64,000 nucleotides of DNA from Myxococcales bacterium (lineage in GTDB: Bacteria; Myxococcota_A; Polyangia; Polyangiales; Polyangiaceae), in NCBI GenBank assembly GCA_043747615.1, contig JAYTOU010000064.1, positions 31,996-95,995 of the forward strand, given 5' to 3'. Below are positions 28,213 to 37,367 of this stretch, in pieces (position 1 is the first letter of the stretch; the number at the start of each line of letters is the position of its first letter). Both the position numbers and the translations under genes were made by a program. Below the pieces are notes generated by a model. That model was given only the letters and a program-made list of their open reading frames with translations, was not told the origin of the DNA and searched no databases.

Positions 28213-28593
28213 TCAGCGGCCGAGGAGCTCGCGGATCTTCTTCGTCAGGGCATCGGGCATGCAGGGCTTCACGAGGAGCGCCGTGTAGCCTGGGTTCTCG
28301 CCTTCGCTCACGGAGTGCCCCGTGAGCGCGATGATCGGCGTCGCCCGGGTGCGCTCGTCGTTCTTGAGGCGACGGATCGCTTCCCAGCCGTCGAGCACGG
28401 GAAGCGAGAGATCCATCACCACGACCGCAGGCAGAAGCGAAAAAGCCATGTCCAGGCCCTGCTGCCCGTCGGCCGCCTCTGCCACCCGGTAGCCCGCCAA
28501 CGTCAACGAATGAACGTAGAGGAACCGACTGTCCTCGTAATCGTCCACGAGGAGAATGAGCGGCGCGTCAGCATTGGTGGGGGTGGTCGGCAC
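28213..28593 (-). CDS. Single-domain response regulator (CheY/DivK-like)
   Basis: ILLVDD, VMDLSLPVLDGW, IIALTG, KP. Start approximate. Confidence 0.88.
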   Translation of the reverse strand: MPTTPTNADAPLILLVDDYEDSRFLYVHSLTLAGYRVAEAADGQQGLDMAFSLLPAVVVMDLSLPVLDGWEAIRRLKNDERTRATPIIALTGHSVSEGENPGYTALLVKPCMPDALTKKIRELLGR

Positions 28594-28633
28594 AGCAGCT
28601 CGCACACTACTATACAGTCGACGAGGCCGACTC

Positions 28634-29950
28634 ATGGATTCGCTCCTCGCCGCCCGCGCCCAGATGGAAGTCAGCCTGGCGTTTCACATGATCTTCTCGG
28701 CGATTGGCATCGCACTACCGATATTCATGTGCATCGCAGAGGGGCTGCATATCCGGACCGGCGAAGCGCACTACCGCGAGCTCGCGCAAAAATGGGGAAA
28801 GGCGACCTCCCTTCTTTTTGCAATCGGAGCCGTGTCGGGTACGGCGCTTTCATTCGAGCTCGGCCTTCTGTGGCCGCGGTTCATGGCGTTCGCCGGCGCC
28901 ATCATCGGCTCGGCATTCGCCCTCGAGGGTTACGCCTTCTTCCTCGAAGCGATCTTCCTCGGCCTCTACCTTTACGGATGGGAGCGTCTTTCCCCTCGGA
29001 CTCATTGGCTCTGCGGGCTGTGCGTTGCGGTGAGCGGAACCATGTCCGGCGTGCTCGTGATCGCTGCGAATGCGTGGATGCAAGTCCCCGGAGGCTTCGT
29101 CCTCGAAGCGGGTCGTCCAGAGCACATCGATCCGCTGGCTCCGTTCAAGAGCCCCGCGTGGATGACGATGTCCGTGCACACCACGCTCGCCGCGTACATC
29201 GCGGTCGGTTTTGCGATCGCGGGGATCTATGCGCTCGGTGTGATTCGGGGACGGAAAGACGCCTACCACCGCTCGGCTATTTCGATCGCGCTCGCTGTCG
29301 CCGCGTCCGCTGCGCTTGCCCAGATCGTGAGCGGCGACGTGAGCGCTCGTATGGTCGCTCGGTACCAACCGGTGAAGCTCGCGGCGATGGAGGCGCACTA
29401 CGTTACCTCGGGCAACGTGCCTCTTGTCGTCGGCGGTCTCGTCGACGCAGAACACGGTGAGGTGCGATACGGGCTAAAAATACCTTCTGGACTGAGCTTG
29501 CTCGTTGCCCACGACCGCGACGCCACGATCCCTGGCCTCGACCGTGCACCGCGGAGCGAGCGTCCTCCGGTGGGCGTGGTGCATGCGGCCTTCGACGTAA
29601 TGGTGGCGTGCGGCTTTGCTCTCGCTGGGCTCGGCTGCTGGTTCGCGCTCATGCGTCTCCGCCGGCGCACGGATTTCGCCGAGTCACGGTGGCTCCTTCG
29701 GGCGCTCGTCGTCGCCTCTCCGCTGGGTTTCGTCGCCCTCGAAGCTGGCTGGATGGTAGCGGAGGTCGGTCGGCAACCGTGGGTGATCGATCACGTCATG
29801 CGCACCGCGGACGCGGTCACCCCAGCGCAAGGTGTCCCTCTGACGTTCTTCGTATTTTGCGTTCTCTACGCTCTCCTCGGGACGGTGCTCGTGGTTCTTC
29901 TGCGACGCCTCGCCACCGGTCGCGCTGACGCTCCTCATCATGCAGAGTGA
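28634..29950 (+). CDS. cydA: Cytochrome bd ubiquinol oxidase subunit I
   Basis: SLAFHMIF, GAVSGT...FELG, EGYAFFLEA, ANAWMQ, QPVKLAAME, GWMVAEVGRQPW. Confidence 0.95.
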   Translation: MDSLLAARAQMEVSLAFHMIFSAIGIALPIFMCIAEGLHIRTGEAHYRELAQKWGKATSLLFAIGAVSGTALSFELGLLWPRFMAFAGAIIGSAFALEGYAFFLEAIFLGLYLYGWERLSPRTHWLCGLCVAVSGTMSGVLVIAANAWMQVPGGFVLEAGRPEHIDPLAPFKSPAWMTMSVHTTLAAYIAVGFAIAGIYALGVIRGRKDAYHRSAISIALAVAASAALAQIVSGDVSARMVARYQPVKLAAMEAHYVTSGNVPLVVGGLVDAEHGEVRYGLKIPSGLSLLVAHDRDATIPGLDRAPRSERPPVGVVHAAFDVMVACGFALAGLGCWFALMRLRRRTDFAESRWLLRALVVASPLGFVALEAGWMVAEVGRQPWVIDHVMRTADAVTPAQGVPLTFFVFCVLYALLGTVLVVLLRRLATGRADAPHHAE

Positions 29951-30935
29951 GACCCTCCTCGCCGGAGTCGCCCTCTTTGCGGTGATCGCCTACGGCGTTC
30001 TCGCGGGAGCCGATTTCGGCGGCGGCATCTGGGACATTCTCGCGAGCGGGCCGTACCGGGGCGAGCAGCGAGCGACGATCGCTAGAGCGATGGGGCCCGT
30101 GTGGGAGGCGAACCACGTGTGGCTGATCTTTCTCATCGTGATTCTCTTCTCGGGATTCCCGCCCGCATATGCCGCGCTCAGCGTGGGCCTCTTCGTTCCG
30201 CTCCACCTCGTTCTTCTCGGCATCACGCTCCGCGGCGGTGCGTTCGTGTTCCGCGCTCACGGCGGCGCAGGTGGCGCCTCACTCCTATGGGGGGCGGTTT
30301 TCGGCGGGGCGAGCCTGATCACGCCGGTGCTTCTGGGTATGTCACTCGGGGCGGTGTCCGCCGGAAATCTCCGCATCCATGACGGGGTCGTGGCCCTGGG
30401 CGGACCCGCATCGTGGACGTCACCGATCTCGATCGCCATGGGGCTCCTTGCCCTCAGCATCTGCGCGTACCTCGCGGCGGTCTTTCTCACGAACGAGACG
30501 ACGGGTGCCCTCCAAGAAATTTTTCGCAGGAAGGCCCTCATCGCCGGCACGTTCGTGGTTGCCCTCGCGGCGCTCGCCGTACCGCTCACCCGGTTCGAGG
30601 CGCAGCACCTCTACGATGGGCTCACCAGCGTGCGCGGAGCGGGCGTCATCGGCGGTGGCGTCATTGCCGCGCTCTTGTCAGGGATCGCACTTCTCACCCG
30701 CCGCTTCCGGCTTGCACGCCGCGCCGCCGTCGTTCAAGTGGCGTTGCTCCTCGGAGGCTGGGGTGTCGCGCAGTATCCGTATTTGATCTATCCGGACCTC
30801 ACGCTCGCCGCCGCACGAGCGCCCGAGGCGACGCTCCAGTTCGTTCTGTGGACCTTGCCTTTTGGTACTGCGGTGCTCGCTCCGTCGATCTGGTTTCTCT
30901 TCAGGGTCTTCAAATCGACGGTGCCGAAAAGTTAA
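29940..30935 (+). CDS. cydB: Cytochrome bd ubiquinol oxidase subunit II
   Basis: GADFGGG, GPVWEANHVWLI, FPPAY, LRGGAFVFR; overlaps cydA. Confidence 0.95.
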   Translation: MQSETLLAGVALFAVIAYGVLAGADFGGGIWDILASGPYRGEQRATIARAMGPVWEANHVWLIFLIVILFSGFPPAYAALSVGLFVPLHLVLLGITLRGGAFVFRAHGGAGGASLLWGAVFGGASLITPVLLGMSLGAVSAGNLRIHDGVVALGGPASWTSPISIAMGLLALSICAYLAAVFLTNETTGALQEIFRRKALIAGTFVVALAALAVPLTRFEAQHLYDGLTSVRGAGVIGGGVIAALLSGIALLTRRFRLARRAAVVQVALLLGGWGVAQYPYLIYPDLTLAAARAPEATLQFVLWTLPFGTAVLAPSIWFLFRVFKSTVPKS

Positions 30936-32029
30936 GCTCGAGCGCTCGTCTCGCCACCTTTGGTGAACGTCGCGAGGAGGGCGAGGGGGGCCCACAACGG
31001 AAAGAGAAGCGGTACGCAACGCGCGACCATCGCCAGGGCGCGGATTCCCGTGGCCCGCGTTCCATCGCGTCGCACGATCACGATCGAATGACCTTTTCGC
31101 ACGCCATCTGGCTCCCATCGCTTCACGTCGAAACGCGCCAGCCAGTCCAACGCGCCCACGAGGTGCGCGCCGAAGACTCCTGACGTGCGTGATGGATCGA
31201 ATAAAAATTTTCGAGCGTGCGTGTCCGGCGTTGCGAAGAGCGCGTAGGTCGCGAGCGTGAGCCAGGTGAACAGCTCCACCTTGCTCGTCACCTCGATGGT
31301 CAGATGAAACATGACGCCCCACCACAGAGCGATGACGCGCGTCCTTCGCAGCCACAGCCCCACTGCCAGGAAGATCTCGGTGGCGATCGCCAGCTTGGCG
31401 AGCGCGCTCGTGGACATGGGCCGCGAAAAGAGCTCGACGACGGAGTTGGGCACCCCGCGGGCCACGGCCTCGTTTCCATAGCGCGCGAACCGATCGCCAA
31501 TTACCAGCCCGTTGCGCCAGTCGTCGTCGAAGAGCTTGGATCCGCCCGAGGCGAGGTAGATGATCGAGACTTGCGCTTGCGCGAGACGCTGCGCCCAGAG
31601 GAGGCCGCTTCGGCTCTCGGTTGACCCCGTGATCACGAGCGCGCGATCGCAAGGCGCGAACGCGAGCAGAAACGCAAAGCACACGAGCGCGTAGCGGTTG
31701 TGATGAAACTGCAATCGATCGCAGAGCAGAACGTAGAGTCCGAGAACGGCGCTCGAGAAGAGCGCCACGCGTGCGCGGTGACCGACGGCGACCAGGACCG
31801 CGAGCAGTAGCTGGATGGCGACGATCAAGATGTAGATCGGGCGCGCCGGAACTAGCGCGGCAGGGATCAGCGGGAGATGGAAGACGTCGCCGAAGTAGCC
31901 GTTGTCTTCGAGCCTGCGTGCGGCTCCGAGGGTCTGCCAAAAGAGCAGCGCACCGACAGCCACGCGCACCAGCCCGAGGAGATACGTGTCGCCGACCTCC
32001 GTTTGCCATCGTCGGAGAAGCGCGATCAT
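30932..32029 (-). CDS. HTTM-domain membrane protein with degenerate C-terminal DCC1-like segment
   Basis: HHNRY, QVSIIYLASGGSKL..DW..G, FHLTIE, ELFTW; ATG at 32029 overlaps the upstream stop. Confidence 0.8.
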   Translation of the reverse strand: MIALLRRWQTEVGDTYLLGLVRVAVGALLFWQTLGAARRLEDNGYFGDVFHLPLIPAALVPARPIYILIVAIQLLLAVLVAVGHRARVALFSSAVLGLYVLLCDRLQFHHNRYALVCFAFLLAFAPCDRALVITGSTESRSGLLWAQRLAQAQVSIIYLASGGSKLFDDDWRNGLVIGDRFARYGNEAVARGVPNSVVELFSRPMSTSALAKLAIATEIFLAVGLWLRRTRVIALWWGVMFHLTIEVTSKVELFTWLTLATYALFATPDTHARKFLFDPSRTSGVFGAHLVGALDWLARFDVKRWEPDGVRKGHSIVIVRRDGTRATGIRALAMVARCVPLLFPLWAPLALLATFTKGGETSARA

Positions 32030-32499
32030 CGCTGCGCACGCTTTGCTTCGAGGGTGAGAGCGATCGGCGCGCGGCCGTTCTTGCGCTCGCTCACTTGGAG
32101 TAGGAGTCCGCGGGTCTCGGTGTCCTGAGGAATGTGCGCGGCTACGTCGACGAGGGCCATCTGCAGGCGCGCAACCTGAGCGTCCGCCCCGTAGGAGGCG
32201 TGGATCGCGGTGTCGAAGGTGGAGAGGGCGGGGTCGCGAACCCGATCGCGCCAGGAGAAGCGCTGCGGAGCGCCATCGCGATCTTTGGCAATCCATGTCC
32301 CGTCCTCAATGGGTACGTTGACGGTTCCGTGGCCGCTCGGCGCGTCGATTTGCCGGAAAAGACGGACGTTCAGGGTCGACGACTCCCCGAACATGCGAAA
32401 CCCGAAAGCGTGGTCCGTCCTCCCGCCGGCCGTCGCGACGAGCGCTACTTGGGAGGCGAGGTAGGCCGCCGCAAAGGCCGTGCGCGCCCGAGGCCCCAT
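32026..32499 (-). CDS. Hypothetical exported protein (HTTM partner)
   Basis: N-terminal hydrophobic helix followed by FGFRMF, like the [FW]xMF motif of HTTM-associated partners; ATGA overlap. Confidence 0.68.
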   Translation of the reverse strand: MGPRARTAFAAAYLASQVALVATAGGRTDHAFGFRMFGESSTLNVRLFRQIDAPSGHGTVNVPIEDGTWIAKDRDGAPQRFSWRDRVRDPALSTFDTAIHASYGADAQVARLQMALVDVAAHIPQDTETRGLLLQVSERKNGRAPIALTLEAKRAQR

Positions 32500-32578
32500 G
32501 CACCCATCTTACTCACGCCCACACAAAAGGAACAAACTCGCCCTTTGATGCGGCCTATGACACGCTTCTGGTAAGTCG

Positions 32579-33952
32579 GTGCCCCGCCATCTGGTCTTCT
32601 CTTTCAGCGCTCTCATCTTCCTCGCGTGCGGCGATACAGGCCCCTTTGCAGATCATGCCACCACCGAGCCCCAGGCAGCCGTGAACAGGGTCAAGCGCGC
32701 GCCCGATGCCGCCCACGCGGAAGCTTCCCCCGTGACGCCGGCGCCTGCTGCCGATCCGCTCCTCGCGAGCCCCATCGTGCACCCAGCGTCCCTCGGTCGC
32801 TTCTTCGAGTCGCTCGCCAAACTCGAGCGGCGCGTGGCCACGGAAGACGTGCGGATCGTTCAATTCGGCGACTCACACACCGCCGCAGACTTGCAAACGG
32901 GCGTGGTGCGCCGCGCTCTCCAAACGCGATTCGGCGATGGCGGCCGGGGCTTCGTGTCGCTCGGAAAACCGTGGAGCTACTATGTCCAGGACGGCGTGCG
33001 CGGCGGTGCAACGCGGGAGTTCGCGCCTGAGCATGGTCACCTTGTTCACGGGGGATTCGTGGGGGACGGGCTTTATGGCCTCGGAGGGGCAAGCATTCTC
33101 GCAACCCGCCGCGGGGCGCGCGCGTGGACCGATGTCGCTACGCCAACGTCGCACGTGGAGATCGCGTACCTCGAGCAGCCAGGTGGAGGCTCCTTCGATC
33201 TGACGGTCGACGGCGTAAAAGCGGGACGCATTTCCACGAGCGCGCATACCACCGCCTCGGCGTTTCGCGCCTTCGACGTGACGGACAGCGCGCACCACGT
33301 GGAGGCAGAGGCGGTCGGAGATGGCGCAGTCCGGATCTTCGGTCTGACGCTCGATCGTCCGGCCGTCGGCATCACGCTCGACGCGCTCGGGATCAACGGC
33401 GCGCGCGTGAACAACGCCCTTCAGTGGAACGAGCCGCACATGTCGGAGCAGCTTCGCCACCGCGCGCCGGATCTCGTGATCTACGCCTACGGTACGAACG
33501 AGGCGGGCGATGACACCCCAGCCCCGGTCTACGAGCAAAGGCTCGTCGACTTGCTCGGTCGCATGGCCCGCGCGGTCCCCTCCGCGGCTTGCATTCTCAT
33601 CGGTCCCGCGGACCGAGCGATGAACAGCCCGCGCGGGTGGATCACGATGCCGAAGCTCCTCGAGGTCATTGCCTCGCAGCGGAAAGTCGCGGAGGCCGCG
33701 GGCTGTGCTTACTACGATCAGCTCCAGAAAATGGGCGGCCCCGGAACGATGGCCGCATGGGCCGATGACGCGAGCCCGAAGGGGCGGCGCGATCGCGTGC
33801 ACTTTACACGTGATGGCTACACCCAGCTCGGCGAATGGTTCGCGGCCGACCTGATCAGCGCGTACTCATCGTGGCGCGCCGACACCGCGAAGCCGCCGTC
33901 TCAGTCGCGTGCTCCGCTTCCGGGTGGCCCCTTGGTGGCGTTTCCGCGGTAG
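32579..33952 (+). CDS. SGNH/GDSL lipoprotein (PatB/Ape-like O-acetyltransferase or esterase)
   Basis: Lipobox FLAC, FGDSHT, GINGAR, YGTNE, DRVH. Confidence 0.88.
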   Translation: MPRHLVFSFSALIFLACGDTGPFADHATTEPQAAVNRVKRAPDAAHAEASPVTPAPAADPLLASPIVHPASLGRFFESLAKLERRVATEDVRIVQFGDSHTAADLQTGVVRRALQTRFGDGGRGFVSLGKPWSYYVQDGVRGGATREFAPEHGHLVHGGFVGDGLYGLGGASILATRRGARAWTDVATPTSHVEIAYLEQPGGGSFDLTVDGVKAGRISTSAHTTASAFRAFDVTDSAHHVEAEAVGDGAVRIFGLTLDRPAVGITLDALGINGARVNNALQWNEPHMSEQLRHRAPDLVIYAYGTNEAGDDTPAPVYEQRLVDLLGRMARAVPSAACILIGPADRAMNSPRGWITMPKLLEVIASQRKVAEAAGCAYYDQLQKMGGPGTMAAWADDASPKGRRDRVHFTRDGYTQLGEWFAADLISAYSSWRADTAKPPSQSRAPLPGGPLVAFPR

Positions 33953-35376
33953 GCCGCGAAGCCCGTAGTGAGAGCCTTGAAGAAGAGGTCGCCGATGACC
34001 TGAGCGCCGGCGGGTGTGGGGTGCGTGAGATCCCAGCTCGCAAGCTGTGGCGAGGCCTTTACCCAGCGCGCGAACGCTCCCTGGCCGCCCATCGCCTCGA
34101 ACGTGTTCCAGAACGCGACGTGGTGCTCGAGTGCGACCTTACGCTGGAGCTCCACGAGCGTGAGCACGATTTTTCGCGTGCGGATCTCGCCCGTGTCGCT
34201 CTTCTCGCCGCGATCGAGTGGGGCGCAGATCATGACTGAGGAGGCAGGCGCTGCGGCCTTGAGCTTCTCCACGAGCGCTCCTAGCGATCTCTCGTACGCC
34301 TCGCCGTTGATGCTGCCGTCCTCGCTCTCGTTGGTTCCGTACTGCACGATGATGAGCGACGGCTTGCGAAGCGCCATCTGCTCCGACCAGTGATCGGCGT
34401 CCATCCCCTCCCAGAGCCGAGCGCGCGCGCCGTTCGCACCGAGCGCGTCGTAGACCACGCCCGGCTTTTCTCGTTCGAGGGCCACGCCAAAAATGCGAAC
34501 GTCTCCGCTGGCTCGGGTGCGAATGGACAGAGACGCCGCGCCGTCGGGCACTTCGACCGTCATCATCCGCGAGACCTTCTGCTCGCCGCGCGTCGACAAA
34601 AGAAGCGTCTTCTGACCAGGAATGACGAGGTCGGCGTCGCCGCCGGAAGGTTGCTCGAGGTAGTAGATGTCGAAATGCGAGACGCTGCGTCCGTAGTCTC
34701 CTTTGTCGGCCGTCGAGAACCACGCGCTCGCGGCGCCGGCGGTGTGAAAGGAGACCCCGCCGAGGCCGTACATCTTGTCTGACACGAACGGCCCGGTGAT
34801 GCGCTGCGCGTTCCACCCATCGGACGCGGTGTGCATCACGTCGTTGTGGAAATACCATTCCCATGGATTCGCGGTGAGGATGAAGCCGTGCCCCGCGTCT
34901 CCGAAGCGGGCCTGCATGAGGCGGCGTGCGGTTCCGGAGATGAGGTCGCTCGTGATGACCGAATCTCCATAGTGCAGGACGCGGGTCACCGCTCCGGGCT
35001 CTTTGCGTTCGGTCTTCGCGAGTTGCGTGTAGAACGCATCTAATGCGTGCTCCGTGGGATCTTCCACCGCGAGTGAACCGGCCACTTTGGCGAGCGCCAC
35101 CGCGTCGAGCGTCGGCCGTCCATCGCTTGCCGCGGGGAGGGCGTTGGTGACCGAGGCTTTATTTTCTGAGGCCTTGAGAGCGGCGTCGCCCAGCTTGCCG
35201 ACGGGCGTAACGAACTCGCTGCTCGTGGTGGTCGTGTCGCCGGTGGGCTTGTCCCAGGGCGCGGCCACAACCCGGTAGTCACGCAGGCGCGGCGACGCGT
35301 ACGGAACCGCGAGGACGAGCAGCATCACCGCCAGGGTTCGAGGCGTCTTTCCAGCGAGGGGGTGCCCTACTTCCAT
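33901..35376 (-). CDS. SGNH/GDSL protein (PatB/Ape-like), second paralog
   Basis: N-terminal TM, YGDSV, FGDAGHGF, GANGAR, YGTNE, DLTHP. Confidence 0.88.
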   Translation of the reverse strand: MEVGHPLAGKTPRTLAVMLLVLAVPYASPRLRDYRVVAAPWDKPTGDTTTTSSEFVTPVGKLGDAALKASENKASVTNALPAASDGRPTLDAVALAKVAGSLAVEDPTEHALDAFYTQLAKTERKEPGAVTRVLHYGDSVITSDLISGTARRLMQARFGDAGHGFILTANPWEWYFHNDVMHTASDGWNAQRITGPFVSDKMYGLGGVSFHTAGAASAWFSTADKGDYGRSVSHFDIYYLEQPSGGDADLVIPGQKTLLLSTRGEQKVSRMMTVEVPDGAASLSIRTRASGDVRIFGVALEREKPGVVYDALGANGARARLWEGMDADHWSEQMALRKPSLIIVQYGTNESEDGSINGEAYERSLGALVEKLKAAAPASSVMICAPLDRGEKSDTGEIRTRKIVLTLVELQRKVALEHHVAFWNTFEAMGGQGAFARWVKASPQLASWDLTHPTPAGAQVIGDLFFKALTTGFAAYRGNATKGPPGSGARD

Positions 35377-35459
35377 CGGTAAAGGCGGAGATAGCTAATA
35401 AAGCGGCCCCGCGCCACCCAGGGAGGTCCACCGATTTTTCGGTTACCCTGCCGCCTCGG

Positions 35460-36929
35460 ATGCTTTTCAACAGCGCGCTCTACGGGGTTTTTCTCCTCGG
35501 GACCTACGTGGTCTTCTGGCTCATCGCCGCGCTTCCTCGGCTCCGCACGCTCTTTCTCATCGCCGCGAGCTACGCTTTCTATTTTTACGGCACGTACGAC
35601 GCGGCTCGCGAGGAAGAGGTCCCCTTCGGCCCCGTCCTCTGGAGCGTGATGTGCCTCGCCATCATTTTCTTGGGCAGCACCCTCGACTATGGAATCGGCC
35701 GCGCACTCGAAAAAACCGATGATCCGCGGAAGCGAAAAGCGCTCCTCGTCGTCTCGCTGCTCTACTACGGCGGAGTTCTTTCTCTCTTCAAATATTTCAA
35801 CTTCGCCGCCGACTCGATCACCACCGCGCTCCACGCAGCGGGCGTCAACGTGAACCCCGTTCACCTGCGCCTCGTTCTTCCGTTCGGCATCTCGTTCTTC
35901 ACCTTCGAGACGATGAGCTACACCATCGACGTCTATCGCCGGGCCATCCCCGCCGCGAAGCGCTATGGCGATTACCTCCTCTTCGTGTGCTTTTTCCCGC
36001 ACCTCGTCGCGGGCCCCATCGTCAGGCCGAACCAGATGTTGCCGCAGCTCGCTCGGGCGCCGGTGGCAGATTCCAATTCGCAAGCGCGCGGACTTTTCCG
36101 GATCGCCAAGGGTCTCGCCAAAAAAATCGTCATCGGCGACGTGCTCGCCGTGGGCATCGTCGGGCGGGTCTTCGACAACCCCGAGCGCTACTCGTCGATC
36201 GAGGTCGTGGTCGCCGTCTATGCCTACGCGATCCAGATCTACATGGATTTTTCCGGCTATTCCGATGTTGCGCTCGGGAGCGCGCAGCTCTTCGGATACG
36301 AGCTACCTGAAAACTTCAGGACGCCGTACCTGGCGAAAAATCTTCAAGACTTCTGGCGTCGCTGGCACATCACGCTCAGCACGTGGCTGCGCGACTATCT
36401 CTACGTGCCGCTCGGAGGGTCGCGGGGCTCCCAGCTTTTCACGTACCGCAACGTGATGATCACCATGCTCCTCGGCGGCCTATGGCATGGAGCCTCCTGG
36501 AATTTCGTCATCTGGGGCGGTCTTCATGGGCTCGCGCTCGCCGCCACGCGCATCTGGCAGCGCGCTCGTCCGCCCTCGGAAAAAAGCGGCGCCACTGCGG
36601 GCTCCGTCGTGGCCGTCTTTCTCACGTTCCACTACGTCTGCTTCGCTTGGATTTTTTTTCGAGCACCGACCTTCGAGCACGCGTCGCTCATGCTCGGGCG
36701 CATCGCTCGTCTCTCCTTCAGCGTCGACAACGTCTCCGCGAAGGTGACTCTCGCGCTCGTGGTCGGCGTCTTCGTTCACGTCGTCCCGCATCGTTTGAAA
36801 GATCGGCTCCGCGATTCGTTCGTGCAAACGCCGTCGTGGGTGCAGGGCGTCGTGCTCGCCTTCGTGGCGTACGGAATCCATCTCGCGGCCGGGGCAAAGG
36901 CCGAGCCCTTCGTCTACGGACAATTCTAG
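35460..36929 (+). CDS. MBOAT O-acyltransferase (AlgI/PatA/DltB family)
   Basis: MLFNS, LPFGISFFTF, FFPHLVAGPI, QIYMDFSGYSD, FWRRWHITLSTWLRDYLY, GLWHGA, FVYGQF. Confidence 0.95.
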   Translation: MLFNSALYGVFLLGTYVVFWLIAALPRLRTLFLIAASYAFYFYGTYDAAREEEVPFGPVLWSVMCLAIIFLGSTLDYGIGRALEKTDDPRKRKALLVVSLLYYGGVLSLFKYFNFAADSITTALHAAGVNVNPVHLRLVLPFGISFFTFETMSYTIDVYRRAIPAAKRYGDYLLFVCFFPHLVAGPIVRPNQMLPQLARAPVADSNSQARGLFRIAKGLAKKIVIGDVLAVGIVGRVFDNPERYSSIEVVVAVYAYAIQIYMDFSGYSDVALGSAQLFGYELPENFRTPYLAKNLQDFWRRWHITLSTWLRDYLYVPLGGSRGSQLFTYRNVMITMLLGGLWHGASWNFVIWGGLHGLALAATRIWQRARPPSEKSGATAGSVVAVFLTFHYVCFAWIFFRAPTFEHASLMLGRIARLSFSVDNVSAKVTLALVVGVFVHVVPHRLKDRLRDSFVQTPSWVQGVVLAFVAYGIHLAAGAKAEPFVYGQF

Positions 36930-36962
36930 GCGACCTTCGAGAGCCCGTGGTAGTTCCACGGC

Positions 36963-37367
36963 GTGAAGCCTGCGCGGGTCGCCTGTGCCGTTTGCGATAT
37001 CGTGACCGCGATTCTCATCGCAGCGGCGGTGTTCGTTGGCCTGCCCGCGCGTTGGTGGCTCGTCGACGTCGGGGCGCTCGTCCTCGTCGCGTTCCTCGCA
37101 GCGGCAGGGGTCGGTCTCCTCCTGAGAGCACCGTGGGGTGAGAAGGTCGCGCGGTCGGCGTCGATCGCGTCGCTTGCCATTGGGCTCGCGCTCGTGGCAA
37201 CGCTCGGCGTCACCGCGAGCTACTTGCGCGGCATCTACGGCCCGGTTGGCCGCGGCGGTGCGCTCATCCTGGTGCTCGTGGCGGCGCTCGCGATCCCATA
37301 TCTGCTGGTATTTCCAGCTCTCCAGCTCGCGTGGCTCGGCACGCTTCGCAAAGAAAAATCCTCGTGA
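36963..37367 (+). CDS. Small 4-TM hypothetical membrane protein
   Basis: 134 aa, four hydrophobic segments, GIYGPVG. Confidence 0.7.
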   Translation: MKPARVACAVCDIVTAILIAAAVFVGLPARWWLVDVGALVLVAFLAAAGVGLLLRAPWGEKVARSASIASLAIGLALVATLGVTASYLRGIYGPVGRGGALILVLVAALAIPYLLVFPALQLAWLGTLRKEKSS

